A DNA stretch of 46,907 nt from Clostridia bacterium. Its GTDB lineage: Bacteria > Bacillota > Clostridia > Oscillospirales > Acutalibacteraceae. The notes beneath the pieces are model-generated. The model was not told where the DNA came from. It did not search any database and saw only the letters and a program-made list of their open reading frames with translations. The stretch spans positions 1 through 46,907 of the forward strand of contig JAUNCP010000001.1 of NCBI GenBank assembly GCA_030526535.1, read 5' to 3'. Made by a program: the position numbers and the translations under genes. Of this stretch, positions 38,849 through 46,907 are shown one piece after another (the first letter of the stretch is position 1; each line of letters starts with the position of its first letter).

Positions 38849-38924
38849 TGGAGCGGATGACGGGGCTCGAACCCGCTACCTCCACCTTGGCAAGGTGGCG
38901 CTCTACCAGATGAGCTACATCCGC
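38849..38924 (-). tRNA. tRNA-Gly (GCC)
   Basis: The reverse complement is GCGGATGTAGCTCATCTGGTAGAGCGCCACCTTGCCAAGGTGG...GGTTCGAGCCC...TCCGCTCCA. Anticodon loop TTGCCAA. Confidence 0.9.
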
Positions 38925-38928
38925 ACTG

Positions 38929-39004
38929 TGGTGCCTCCGGGTGGAATCGAACCACCGACACAAGGATTTTCAGTCCTTTGCTCTACCAACTGAGCTACAG
39001 AGGC
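38929..39004 (-). tRNA. tRNA-Phe (GAA)
   Basis: The reverse complement is GCCTCTGTAGCTCAGTTGGTAGAGCAAAGGACTGAAAATCCTT...GGTTCGATTCC...GAGGCACCA. Anticodon loop CTGAAAA. Confidence 0.9.
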
Positions 39005-39077
39005 TAATGTTTTATGCTTCTTTATAAATATCTATAACACATCGAAATGAAATATTACTATATAAAATAAAGAAAAG

Positions 39078-39154
39078 TGGCGACCCGGAACGGGCTCGAA
39101 CCGTCGACCTCTAGCGTGACAGGCTAGCGTTCTAACCAACTGAACTACCGGGCC
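39078..39154 (-). tRNA. tRNA-Asp (GTC)
   Basis: The reverse complement is GGCCCGGTAGTTCAGTTGGTTAGAACGCTAGCCTGTCACGCTAG...GGTTCGAGCCC...GGGTCGCCA. Anticodon loop CTGTCAC. Confidence 0.9.
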
Positions 39155-39165
39155 ATATTTAATAG

Positions 39166-39242
39166 TGGTGGGAACAATAGGACTCGAACCTATGACCCCT
39201 TGCTTGTAAGGCAAGTGCTCTAACCAGCTGAGCTATGCTCCC
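39166..39242 (-). tRNA. tRNA-Val (TAC)
   Basis: The reverse complement is GGGAGCATAGCTCAGCTGGTTAGAGCACTTGCCTTACAAGCAAG...GGTTCGAGTCC...TTCCCACCA. Anticodon loop CTTACAA. Confidence 0.9.
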
Positions 39243-39307
39243 AAACAAAACTTCACGAGATGCAAAGCTCTGCAATATGATCATCAGTATTATCACTGAC
39301 ATTCATA

Positions 39308-39336
39308 ATAGTATCATTTATAAAAAACTATGTCAA
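39308..39336 (-). promoter_or_regulatory. sigma-A-type promoter of the Val-Asp-Phe-Gly-Cys tRNA operon
   Basis: The minus strand reads TTGACA (39336-39331), 17-nt spacer, TACTAT (39313-39308), about 65 nt upstream of tRNA-Val. Confidence 0.55.
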
Positions 39337-39536
39337 GCACTTATTTTAAAAAATGCAAAAAATAATTCGTCAAAATTTTTGGCGATTTTTTGTGATTTTT
39401 TATCAAAATTGTATGTTGTTATACATTTGTATTTTTTTCAGAAAATATATATATATTATTTTTTGTGTATATTTTACTTATTTATTTTAATATTATTAGT
39501 TATTTTGTATATTGATACAAAAATGAAAAAATACAC

Positions 39537-39565
39537 TTGACTTTATATAAAAATTGTTGTATTAT
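39537..39565 (+). promoter_or_regulatory. sigma-A-type promoter of the second GG-leader gene
   Basis: TTGACT (39537-39542), 17-nt spacer, TATTAT (39560-39565). An 8-bp inverted repeat, TTTTGTAT-ATTG-ATACAAAA (39503-39522), lies just upstream. Confidence 0.6.
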
Positions 39566-39634
39566 TTAATTAAGCGTATAGAAATGATTACGCAAAATTA
39601 AATTTTATTATTTTTTAAGGAGGAAGATTGTACA

Positions 39635-39943
39635 ATGAACAATCAAATAGTTGAAATCTCTTGCGAAGAATTAGATCTAGTTTCTGGTGGATGTCCAGAA
39701 TGGTTAGGAAATTTCGGAAGCGGCCTTGTTAAACCATTCGGTTTTTATGGTAAAACAAAAGACAAAACTGTTGGTCAGTGGAGCTATAAAGATCTTGGTG
39801 AATGTTCTTTGAGCGGAAATGGAAAAATGGGAGCAGTCGGTACTGCTATTACCGACACAGCTATAGTATCTGGATTAATGGCAGCAGGTGCAACCGTAAT
39901 GTATTTTGTAAAAGATAAAGTGGACAGTTTACTTGGCAAATAA
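39635..39943 (+). CDS. double-glycine-leader protein precursor (102 aa; 19-aa leader plus 83-aa core with two Cys and a C-terminal hydrophobic helix)
   Basis: The leader MNNQIVEISCEELDLVSGG has hydrophobic residues at -4, -7, -12 and -15. The core is CPEWLGNFGSGLVKPFGFYGK...GAVGTAITDTAIVSGLMAAGATVMYFV... AAGGAGG RBS, own promoter and own terminator. Confidence 0.75.
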   Translation: MNNQIVEISCEELDLVSGGCPEWLGNFGSGLVKPFGFYGKTKDKTVGQWSYKDLGECSLSGNGKMGAVGTAITDTAIVSGLMAAGATVMYFVKDKVDSLLGK

Positions 39944-39961
39944 TTTAATCGAATAGCTTAT

Positions 39962-40007
39962 AAACCCCAGTCTTCAGTAGAGCCTGGGGTTTGTTATTTG
40001 ATTTTTT
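39962..40007 (+). terminator. Rho-independent terminator after the GG-leader gene
   Basis: Stem aaaccccag (39962-39970) pairs with ctggggttt (39984-39992), followed by a T-rich run GTTATTTGATTTTTT. Confidence 0.75.
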
Positions 40008-41673
40008 AAAACAAACCATTTATTTTGAATTTGTTATCTATATCAATTTTTTCAGAAGCCGGGATTTTAGGTAGTCCTGGCATTTTTAATATTTTACCGG
40101 TTAGAACTACTATAAAGCCCGCTCCGTTTGAAATCGTTATATCCTTGACGTGTATATCAAATCCGCTTCGAACGCCGATTTTAGTTTGATCATCCGACAA
40201 AGAATACGGCGTTTTAGCTATGCATATGGGCAAATTGTCTCTTTTTAACTCTTTTACTTTTTGTAAAGACTTTTCCGCTTCTGGAGAATAAACAACATCA
40301 TCCGCTCTATAAACTTCTTTGGCGATTTTCAAAATTTTATCTTTTACAGAGTCGGTTACATCATATAAATATCTAAACTCTGTTTTTTCTTTGCAAATTT
40401 CACAAACGATATCAGCTAAATTCACAGCTCCGTTTCCGCCGTTTTTATAAACATCTATTTCGGCAAATTTGCAATCCATTTTATCGCAATAATTTTTTAT
40501 TTCTTGTATTTCTTCGTGGCAATCGTTTTCAAATTTATTTAGCGCTACGACGACTTTTAAACCTTGTTTTTGCAAATTCTCAATATGAATTCCTAAATTC
40601 AAAACACCTTTTTTTACTGCTGAAACATTTTCAAAACTCAACTCATTTAATTTTACTCCCGCACTGTATTTTAACGCTCTTACAGTCGCAACTAAAACAA
40701 CGCATGAAGGTTTTAAATTTCCTACCCTACATTTTATATTTAAAAATTTTTCCGCACCTAAATCTGCACCAAACCCAGCCTCTGTTACACAATAATCTCC
40801 TAATTTTAAAGCAAGTTCTGTAGCCCTTATTGAATTACATCCATGCGCTATATTCGCAAAAGGCCCGCCATGAATAATTACAGAATTGCCTTCGATTGTT
40901 TGAACTAAATTAGGATTGATAGCATCTTTCAAAAGTACAGTCATTGCGCCGTCAACTTTTAAATCTTTAGCAAAAATCGGCTCACCGCTATAACTATAAG
41001 CGACCAAAATATTTCCAAGACGTAATCTTAAATCTTCTAAATTTTTCGCCAAACACAAAATCGCCATAACTTCTGTCGCAACTGTTATTATGAAGCCGTC
41101 TTCTCTCGGAATCCCGTTCGTAGTACCGCCCAAACCAATCACAATATTTCTAAGTGCTCTATCGTTCATGTCTACACAACGTTTAACTAAAATTTGTCTC
41201 GGGTCAATATTCAAACTATTTCCTTGATGAATATGATTATCTAAAACTGCACACAGTAAATTATTCGCAGAAGTTATAGCATGCATATCTCCCGTAAAAT
41301 GTAAATTAATATCTTCCATCGGCAGAACTTGAGAATATCCGCCACCTGTCGCTCCGCCTTTTATTCCGAAAACGGGGCCCATAGACGGTTCACGAAGTGC
41401 TATCACAGTTTTTTTGTTAATTCTGTTTAAAGCTTGCCCTAAACCTATCGTGACTGTAGTTTTCCCCTCTCCTGCCGGAGTTGGATTTATAGCCGTGACT
41501 AAAATTAGCTTTCCATAATCTTTTCTGGAAATTCTTTCAAAAGCATTTTCATTTATTTTAGCTTTATATTTTCCGTAAAATTCTATTTCATCATCTTTTA
41601 ACCCCAAATTTTCCGCAATTTCGGTTATTGGCTTTAATTTTACTTGGTTTGCAATTTCTATATCTGAAATCAT
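40006..41673 (-). CDS. fhs: formate--tetrahydrofolate ligase
   Basis: MISDIEIA N-terminus, the nucleotide loop TPAGEGKTT, and 555 aa with overall FTHFS sequence character. Confidence 0.95.
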   Translation of the reverse strand: MISDIEIANQVKLKPITEIAENLGLKDDEIEFYGKYKAKINENAFERISRKDYGKLILVTAINPTPAGEGKTTVTIGLGQALNRINKKTVIALREPSMGPVFGIKGGATGGGYSQVLPMEDINLHFTGDMHAITSANNLLCAVLDNHIHQGNSLNIDPRQILVKRCVDMNDRALRNIVIGLGGTTNGIPREDGFIITVATEVMAILCLAKNLEDLRLRLGNILVAYSYSGEPIFAKDLKVDGAMTVLLKDAINPNLVQTIEGNSVIIHGGPFANIAHGCNSIRATELALKLGDYCVTEAGFGADLGAEKFLNIKCRVGNLKPSCVVLVATVRALKYSAGVKLNELSFENVSAVKKGVLNLGIHIENLQKQGLKVVVALNKFENDCHEEIQEIKNYCDKMDCKFAEIDVYKNGGNGAVNLADIVCEICKEKTEFRYLYDVTDSVKDKILKIAKEVYRADDVVYSPEAEKSLQKVKELKRDNLPICIAKTPYSLSDDQTKIGVRSGFDIHVKDITISNGAGFIVVLTGKILKMPGLPKIPASEKIDIDNKFKINGLF

Positions 41674-41724
41674 AGTTCATTCCTCCGAAAAAACATTATG
41701 ATTATTTGATTATAACATATTTTT

Positions 41725-41765
41725 TACAAATTAAAAAGCGTGCAAGCAAACCACTCACACGCTTT
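41725..41765 (-). terminator. terminator after the glycosyltransferase gene
   Basis: Stem AAGCGTG (41736-41742) pairs with CACGCTT (41758-41764). The minus strand then reads TTTTAATTTG. Confidence 0.55.
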
Positions 41766-41778
41766 AAGCGACTGTTTT

Positions 41779-43008
41779 TTATTTTTTGTAAGAATCTAAA
41801 ACTTCTTCGAATAATTTAAGCATATTTTTTAAAGAATCTGATTTATCAAAATTTTCACAATTTACTTTCATGCTATTTAACTTTTGCGGATTTTCAAGAA
41901 GATTTTCGATTATCTCTGTTACTCCTTTTTTAGAATCCAGCTTAACCGCCATATTATTCCCCACTAAAAAATCCGCATTTTCTTCTTCCTGGCCTGGAAT
42001 TGCATCGTAAAGCGCCATAGGCAAATTACTTGCAAGCGCTTCGCTTACCGTCAATCCGCCGGGCTTCGTTATTATCAAGTCGGAAATCCACATATATTTA
42101 TCAACCTGATTTGTATAATAAACTATTTTGGTGAATTTTTCGTATTTTTCATTTTTAAAAGTTTTACTAAACTTTCTTATAAACTTCAATTTTTTAAAAT
42201 TAGGAAACTTAGGAACTTTAATAGGTATACGAGAAAGTATTTTGTACTTTACTTCTTTATTTTCGACTAATTTTTGCAATGTTTTGTAAAGTTTTGGATT
42301 TTTTCCGGTTATTATTATTATTTGAAAATCTTTTTTTATACGTTGTAAGCTTTTATATATTCTGCCGACATTTGCAAATCCGCAACTTCCTGCCATTATA
42401 AGTACAGTCGGAATATCACTTTTCAGACCGAACTCCTGTTTTATTTCTGATTTGTTTTTTTGAGAAAAAAACGAATCGTCTACAGGTATTCCGAAAGAAT
42501 AAATAATATTTTCATCCACACCCATATCTTTCATCGCAGAAATCATATCATCATTTGCTACGACATATGCGTCAACATACTTATTTATCCATGTTCTATG
42601 TGGAGCGTAGTCCGTCATAACACATATAAGCGGAACATTTGTTTTATTGTGTTTTTTCAGCTTAGAAATCATTTCCGTGGTGAATGGGTGCGTAGTTACA
42701 ATAATATCCGGCTGATATTCTTCCAAAAGTGGAATAAGTTTCCTGCTTATTAAGCTGTTTGTACTTCCTATCAATCTATTTATAGATTTATTATTTGAAG
42801 ATTTATATACAAGCTTCCAAAGCATGGGGCTTTTTGTAGCAACATATTCATAAATCTCAGTTACCGTTTTATTCAAAAACGGGCTTATATATTCGATAGT
42901 ATCTATAACTTCCGCATTGTGATTTTTGGAAATCAAATAATCTCTTATTGCGTTTGCGGCACTCATATGCCCTCCGCCCGTCGAAGCGGATAATATTATT
43001 ACTTTCAT
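41779..43008 (-). CDS. MGDG-synthase-family glycosyltransferase (UgtP-like diacylglycerol glycosyltransferase)
   Basis: The N-terminus MKVIILSASTGGGHMSAANAI is typical of the family, and there is a GT-B C-terminal half (ITKPGGLTVSEALA). GGAGGA RBS favours ATG 43008. Confidence 0.8.
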   Translation of the reverse strand: MKVIILSASTGGGHMSAANAIRDYLISKNHNAEVIDTIEYISPFLNKTVTEIYEYVATKSPMLWKLVYKSSNNKSINRLIGSTNSLISRKLIPLLEEYQPDIIVTTHPFTTEMISKLKKHNKTNVPLICVMTDYAPHRTWINKYVDAYVVANDDMISAMKDMGVDENIIYSFGIPVDDSFFSQKNKSEIKQEFGLKSDIPTVLIMAGSCGFANVGRIYKSLQRIKKDFQIIIITGKNPKLYKTLQKLVENKEVKYKILSRIPIKVPKFPNFKKLKFIRKFSKTFKNEKYEKFTKIVYYTNQVDKYMWISDLIITKPGGLTVSEALASNLPMALYDAIPGQEEENADFLVGNNMAVKLDSKKGVTEIIENLLENPQKLNSMKVNCENFDKSDSLKNMLKLFEEVLDSYKK

Positions 43009-43046
43009 ACATTCCTCCTTTTTATACATACCTTATATATTTTAAA

Positions 43047-43996
43047 CTATTTTTCTGAATTTTTCTCAAAAATTGTTTTGTCAGAAAGTCTGTATCCTCT
43101 TGCAAAATCTACTGCCGGCATTCTTTTTTTACCGGCTATTTGTACTTCCAAAAGTTCTATGGAAGTATTATCCCCACACCCCACTATGAGCGGATTCACC
43201 GATATGATTTTCCGGGACAATTTGAATAATATGAAGAAATTTTTGTTTTATAAATTTTAAAAAGCTTTCCACGCAAAAAAGTATGTGCAATCGGCCATGG
43301 ATTTGAACCTCTTACTAAATTGTGAATCTCCTCAGCAGATTTTTTCCAATCTATATCACCTGTAATTTTATCAAGTGGCGGCGAAAGAGTCGCTTCATCG
43401 TCATTTTGTTTTATTCTTTCTATAGTGCCGTTTTTAATTTTTTCAAGGGTTTTTATAAGTAAATCGGCACCAACCAAAGAAAGTCTTTTCTTTAAATCTT
43501 CCGATGTTTCGTTCTCATTAATATAAACCTTACTTTGAAGCAAAATATCTCCGGTATCCAATCCCTCATTCATAAACATAGTAGTAATACCGGTAATTTT
43601 ATCGCCATTAATTATGCTCCACTGTATTGGTGCCGCTCCCCTATATTTTGGCAAAAGTGAACCATGAACGTTTATACAACCATATTTAGGAAATTCTATA
43701 ATATTTTTAGGCAGAATTTTACCGTAAGCAACTACAACTATAGCATCCGGCGACAAATCTTCTATAATTTTATAAACTTCCGTAACTTTTAATTTTTCAG
43801 GTTGAAAAACCTTTATCCCTTTTTCCTGCGCAAAAACTTTAACAGGCGGAGGGGTTATTATCATTTTTCGTCCTTGCGGTTTATCCGGTTTCGTAAAAAC
43901 GGCACAAATCTCATGTTCTGCATCAATAAGTGCTTTTAATGACGGTATTGCAAATTCCGGTGTACCCATAAAAAGAATTTTCAAAATTAATTTCAC
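43047..43996 (-). pseudogene. fmt: methionyl-tRNA formyltransferase, reading frame interrupted by a 1-nt frameshift
   Basis: The N-terminal ~262 aa are in one frame (FMGTPEFA, HGSLLPKYRGAAPIQW), running into TGA at 43196-43198. The canonical C-terminus KIISVNPLIVGCGDNTSIELLEVQIAGKKRMPAVDFARGYRL... is in the -1 frame and ends at TAG 43047-43049. The switch is at the A4 run (plus-strand tttt, 43208-43211). Likely start is TTG 43984, after AGGTGA. Confidence 0.85.
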
Positions 43997-44013
43997 CTCA
44001 TAAATTTAGCTAA

Positions 44014-44631
44014 CTATATTTTACTTTTTAGTTCGTGATATTCTTCAAGCGTTAAATTATTGTTGTAAATATATTTTGCGACTTCTTCTCCTACATAACG
44101 TATATGCCAGGGTTCAAACTTCATCTTTGTTATATCTTCTTTTCCTTTTGGATATCTTAAAATAAACCCGAATTTATGAAGAATCGTATGAAGCCATGCG
44201 GTTTCTTCATTTATGCTTCCGTCTTTATTAAGAGCTATCCCGGCCCATTTGCCGTTTCTAAAAATATCACAGTCTATACAAAGACCCGTATTATGTTCCG
44301 AGTATCCCGGCAAGCAGGCACTTTTTGCAGCGAATTCTATTCCGTGTTTATTTACAAAATAATCATATTTCTTTTTTTGTTGCTCAAACGACAAATATCC
44401 GCTTGTGATATCTATCAATAACCCATTTTCTTTTGCGTATTTTTTTAGCTTTTCAAATTGCTTAGCAGTAGTTTTTTCAAGATAAGTTGTGCAATCTTCT
44501 ATTCCAAACGTTTTGTAAACTATATCGTTATTTTTTATTGTATCTACGGGAACAACAGATGGTTTAATGACTTTTTCGAAATAATCTTCACTTATCCCAT
44601 TTGATTTATTTACTAAAATTTGGTAGTCCAT
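44014..44631 (-). CDS. VanY-like D-alanyl-D-alanine carboxypeptidase (peptidase M15B)
   Basis: PGYSEHNTGLCID and EPWHIRYVG zinc-ligand motifs. GGGGG RBS favours ATG 44631 over the track start 44697. Confidence 0.85.
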   Translation of the reverse strand: MDYQILVNKSNGISEDYFEKVIKPSVVPVDTIKNNDIVYKTFGIEDCTTYLEKTTAKQFEKLKKYAKENGLLIDITSGYLSFEQQKKKYDYFVNKHGIEFAAKSACLPGYSEHNTGLCIDCDIFRNGKWAGIALNKDGSINEETAWLHTILHKFGFILRYPKGKEDITKMKFEPWHIRYVGEEVAKYIYNNNLTLEEYHELKSKI

Positions 44632-44795
44632 CACATTAACCCCCTTGATAATATTTTGTCCACTCTTAATAATATTGCACATTAAAAACATTTGCAAATT
44701 ACACCATATAAAATTTGCTCTCAGAGTATATTTTATATTATAATTATCACAAAGTGATTTATAATAAATTTGAGTATAAGGAAGGACTTACAATC

Positions 44796-45872
44796 ATGTT
44801 TAAACGACTTGAAGCAACCGAAAAACGTTTTGAAGAAATAAACCAAAGTTTATGCGATTCGGAAATAATCGCTGACCAAAACACGTATAAAACTTTAATG
44901 AAAGAATTTAAAAATCTTTCACCTATTGTTGAAAAATATAGGGAATATAAAAAAGAAGAAAAAAACTTAAATGAATCGAAAGAAATTTTGTCGGAATCCG
45001 GTATCGACAAAGAATTTAAAGAAATGGCCGAACTTGAAATAGAAATGTCCAAAAAAAATATCGAAAAGATATCTGAAGAATTAAAAATTTTATTACTCCC
45101 AAAAGACCCTAACGACGACAGAAACGTAATAATCGAAATTCGTGGAGGAGCCGGCGGAGAAGAAGCCGCTCTTTTTGCGGGGGTATTGTTCAGAATGTAC
45201 AATATGTACGCTCAAGAAAGAAGATGGAAAGTTGAAATTTTAAATTCAAACGAAACACAACTCGGTGGATTTAAAGAAATTAGTTTTATGATTTCCGGAG
45301 AAGGTGCATATTCGAGATTTAAATACGAAAGCGGAGTTCACAGAGTTCAAAGGGTTCCGGACACAGAAGCGCAAGGACGAGTTCACACTTCTACAGTAAC
45401 GGTTGCTGTTCTTCCGGAAGCAGAAGACGTAGAAATCGACATAAACCCCGCTGATTTACAAATTGATACCTATCGTGCAGGCGGAGCAGGCGGACAACAC
45501 GTTAACAAAACAGAATCCGCTATAAGAATTACGCATATTCCAACAGGAGTAGTTGTTGAATGTCAAGACGAAAGAAGCCAATATAAAAACAAAGACAAAG
45601 CCATGAAAGTTTTGAAATCACGTTTATTGGAAGCCAAAAGAGAAGAACAAAATCAAGCTGTTGCCGAAGAACGTCGTTTACAGGTAGGAACAGGAGACCG
45701 CTCTGAGCGTATTAGAACTTATAATTATCCTCAAAGTAGACTTACAGACCACAGAATCGGTTTAACAATCTATCGTTTGGAAGATGTTTTGAACGGAAAT
45801 TTAGATGAAATAATAGACGCTCTTTCTACTGCCGACAGAGCCGCAAAATTAGCCGGCGAAGGACAACAATAA
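44796..45872 (+). CDS. prfA: peptide chain release factor 1
   Basis: The PAT-equivalent region, [21 protein letters not shown] (GGQ motif) and ~358 aa. AAGGAAGGA RBS before ATG 44796. No internal frameshift. Confidence 0.93.
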   Translation: MFKRLEATEKRFEEINQSLCDSEIIADQNTYKTLMKEFKNLSPIVEKYREYKKEEKNLNESKEILSESGIDKEFKEMAELEIEMSKKNIEKISEELKILLLPKDPNDDRNVIIEIRGGAGGEEAALFAGVLFRMYNMYAQERRWKVEILNSNETQLGGFKEISFMISGEGAYSRFKYESGVHRVQRVPDTEAQGRVHTSTVTVAVLPEAEDVEIDINPADLQIDTYRAGGAGGQHVNKTESAIRITHIPTGVVVECQDERSQYKNKDKAMKVLKSRLLEAKREEQNQAVAEERRLQVGTGDRSERIRTYNYPQSRLTDHRIGLTIYRLEDVLNGNLDEIIDALSTADRAAKLAGEGQQ

Positions 45873-46885
45873 TGAAAACTATTTATTTAAGCGAAAATGA
45901 GACTGAAAAATCCGCTGAAATATTAAAAAACGGAGGGATTGTTGCTATTCCGACTGAAACGGTTTACGGTTTAGCTGCAAGTACTTTTGATGAAAACGCT
46001 ATAAAAAAAATTTTTTTAGCAAAAGGTCGTCCGAATGACAATCCTTTGATAGTACACATCTGTAATATTAAAAATATTTACGAAGTGGTTAGCGAATTTC
46101 CCGAAAAAGCCAAAAAATTAGCGGATAAATTTTGGCCGGGACCGCTCACTATGATCTTGCCGAAAAATAAATCTATACCAAATTCCGTAACAGCCGGAAT
46201 GGACTCCGTTGCAGTAAGATTTCCTAAAAATAAAATCGCATTAGAAATTATAGAAAAATCAAAAGTGCCTCTTGTAGCTCCTTCGGCGAATCTATCAGGA
46301 AAGCCAAGTCCTACAAAATTTGAACACGTAAAAAATGATATGGAAGGTAAAATCGACGCAATAGTAAACGGCGGCGATTGCGAATTTGGACTCGAGTCAA
46401 CCGTAATATCTCTTATCGGCGAAAAACCGATTATTTTAAGACCCGGTGCTATAACTCCGGCTGATATAAAATCTGTTTTAGGCGAAGAAATCGAAATAGA
46501 CAAAAATGTTTTTTCTAAACCTCAGATTAATCAAAAAGTTTTATCTCCCGGCATGAAGTACACCCACTATTCACCCAAAGCAAAAGTTTTTTTGGTTAAA
46601 GGGACAACAGAAAAATACTGTGATTTTTTAAAAGATAAAAATGAAAACGGCATTTTTGCTCTTTGCTACAACGAAGACATACCATTTTTAAAAATCCCGT
46701 ATATATCTTATGGAAAAAAAGAAAATCCAACAGAGCAAGCTAATAAATTATTCGGCGCTTTAAGAGAATGCGATTTTAAAAAAGCTGAAATTGTTTATGC
46801 TCATTTTGAAATGATAAACGAAATCAGCATAGCGGTTTATAATAGACTAATTAGAGCAGCCGGATTTAATGTTATCGAGATTTAG
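45872..46885 (+). CDS. tsaC: L-threonylcarbamoyladenylate synthase (Sua5/YwlC/TsaC long form)
   Basis: PTETVYGLAA, KGRP..NPLIVH and APSANLSGKPSPT motifs plus a Sua5 C-terminal domain. The ATG overlaps the prfA stop, and prfA-ywlC neighbourhood is conserved. Confidence 0.88.
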   Translation: MKTIYLSENETEKSAEILKNGGIVAIPTETVYGLAASTFDENAIKKIFLAKGRPNDNPLIVHICNIKNIYEVVSEFPEKAKKLADKFWPGPLTMILPKNKSIPNSVTAGMDSVAVRFPKNKIALEIIEKSKVPLVAPSANLSGKPSPTKFEHVKNDMEGKIDAIVNGGDCEFGLESTVISLIGEKPIILRPGAITPADIKSVLGEEIEIDKNVFSKPQINQKVLSPGMKYTHYSPKAKVFLVKGTTEKYCDFLKDKNENGIFALCYNEDIPFLKIPYISYGKKENPTEQANKLFGALRECDFKKAEIVYAHFEMINEISIAVYNRLIRAAGFNVIEI

Positions 46886-46907
46886 AAAGATAGGTGAAAA
46901 AAATAGT

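Noticed and set aside
39032-39214. 60-aa minus-strand ORF.
   Set aside because: It lies entirely across the tRNA-Asp and tRNA-Val genes and is an artefact of ORF calling.
39235-39540. 101-aa plus-strand ORF between the tRNA operon and the GG-leader gene. Its hydrophobic, Ile/Leu/Phe-rich sequence could superficially pass for an immunity protein.
   Set aside because: It starts inside tRNA-Val and runs through the tRNA operon promoter. It has no RBS, and its composition is what an AT-rich intergenic spacer translates to. I treat it as spurious.
43078-43260. 60-aa plus-strand ORF in the apparent gap after fmt.
   Set aside because: It is antisense to the displaced C-terminal coding region of fmt. 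The frameshifted fmt explains the gap.
44715-45872. Release factor gene checked for an RF2-type programmed +1 frameshift and for the long N-terminal extension in the ORF track.
   Set aside because: The sequence is RF1-like and uninterrupted. The extra 27 codons upstream of ATG 44796 lack an RBS and are not typical of RF1.
1-46907. Window-wide scan for CRISPR arrays, transposases or IS ends, prophage genes, toxin-antitoxin pairs, restriction-modification systems and known defence systems.
   Set aside because: I saw no regularly spaced repeats, no terminal inverted repeats flanking a transposase-like ORF, and no motifs of these families. The accessory content is limited to the items listed under findings.

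Overview
This is a low-GC chromosomal segment from a spore-forming Firmicute, Clostridia-like because spo0A, spoIVB, spoVAD and a SpoVD/SpoVE-type dcw fragment are present. It is almost entirely housekeeping. Recognisable content: a folate operon (folE-folP-folB-folK), lspA, NfnAB-type oxidoreductase, type III glutamine synthetase, tdk, dnaB-tilS-hpt-ftsH, htrA, rsmA, spoIVB-spo0A and spoVAD. It also holds a reduced dcw block (class B PBP-mraY-ftsW/spoVE-murG), remA-gmk-rpoZ, a five-tRNA operon plus a lone tRNA-Ser, fhs, an MGDG-synthase-type glycosyltransferase, fmt, a VanY-like peptidase, prfA and a Sua5/TsaC gene. I saw no CRISPR array, transposase, integrase, phage genes or recognisable defence system. 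The most unusual content is three unlinked genes whose products begin with canonical double-glycine (GG) leaders, with no cognate C39-peptidase ABC exporter or immunity gene in the window. One is a Nif11-like leader fused to a hydrophobic segment and a ~360-aa APH/CotS-fold kinase domain. The other two are orphan monocistronic genes of 77 and 102 aa. Other points of interest: a secreted repeat protein whose repeat array continues in frame across a single TAA stop; an fmt gene split by a 1-nt frameshift at a short homopolymer; an uncharacterised IscU-like/GGGtGRT/small-ORF trio apparently co-transcribed with murG; and a (TA)10 microsatellite abutting the spoIVB ribosome-binding site. All family assignments come from motif recognition by eye. 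No database search was run.
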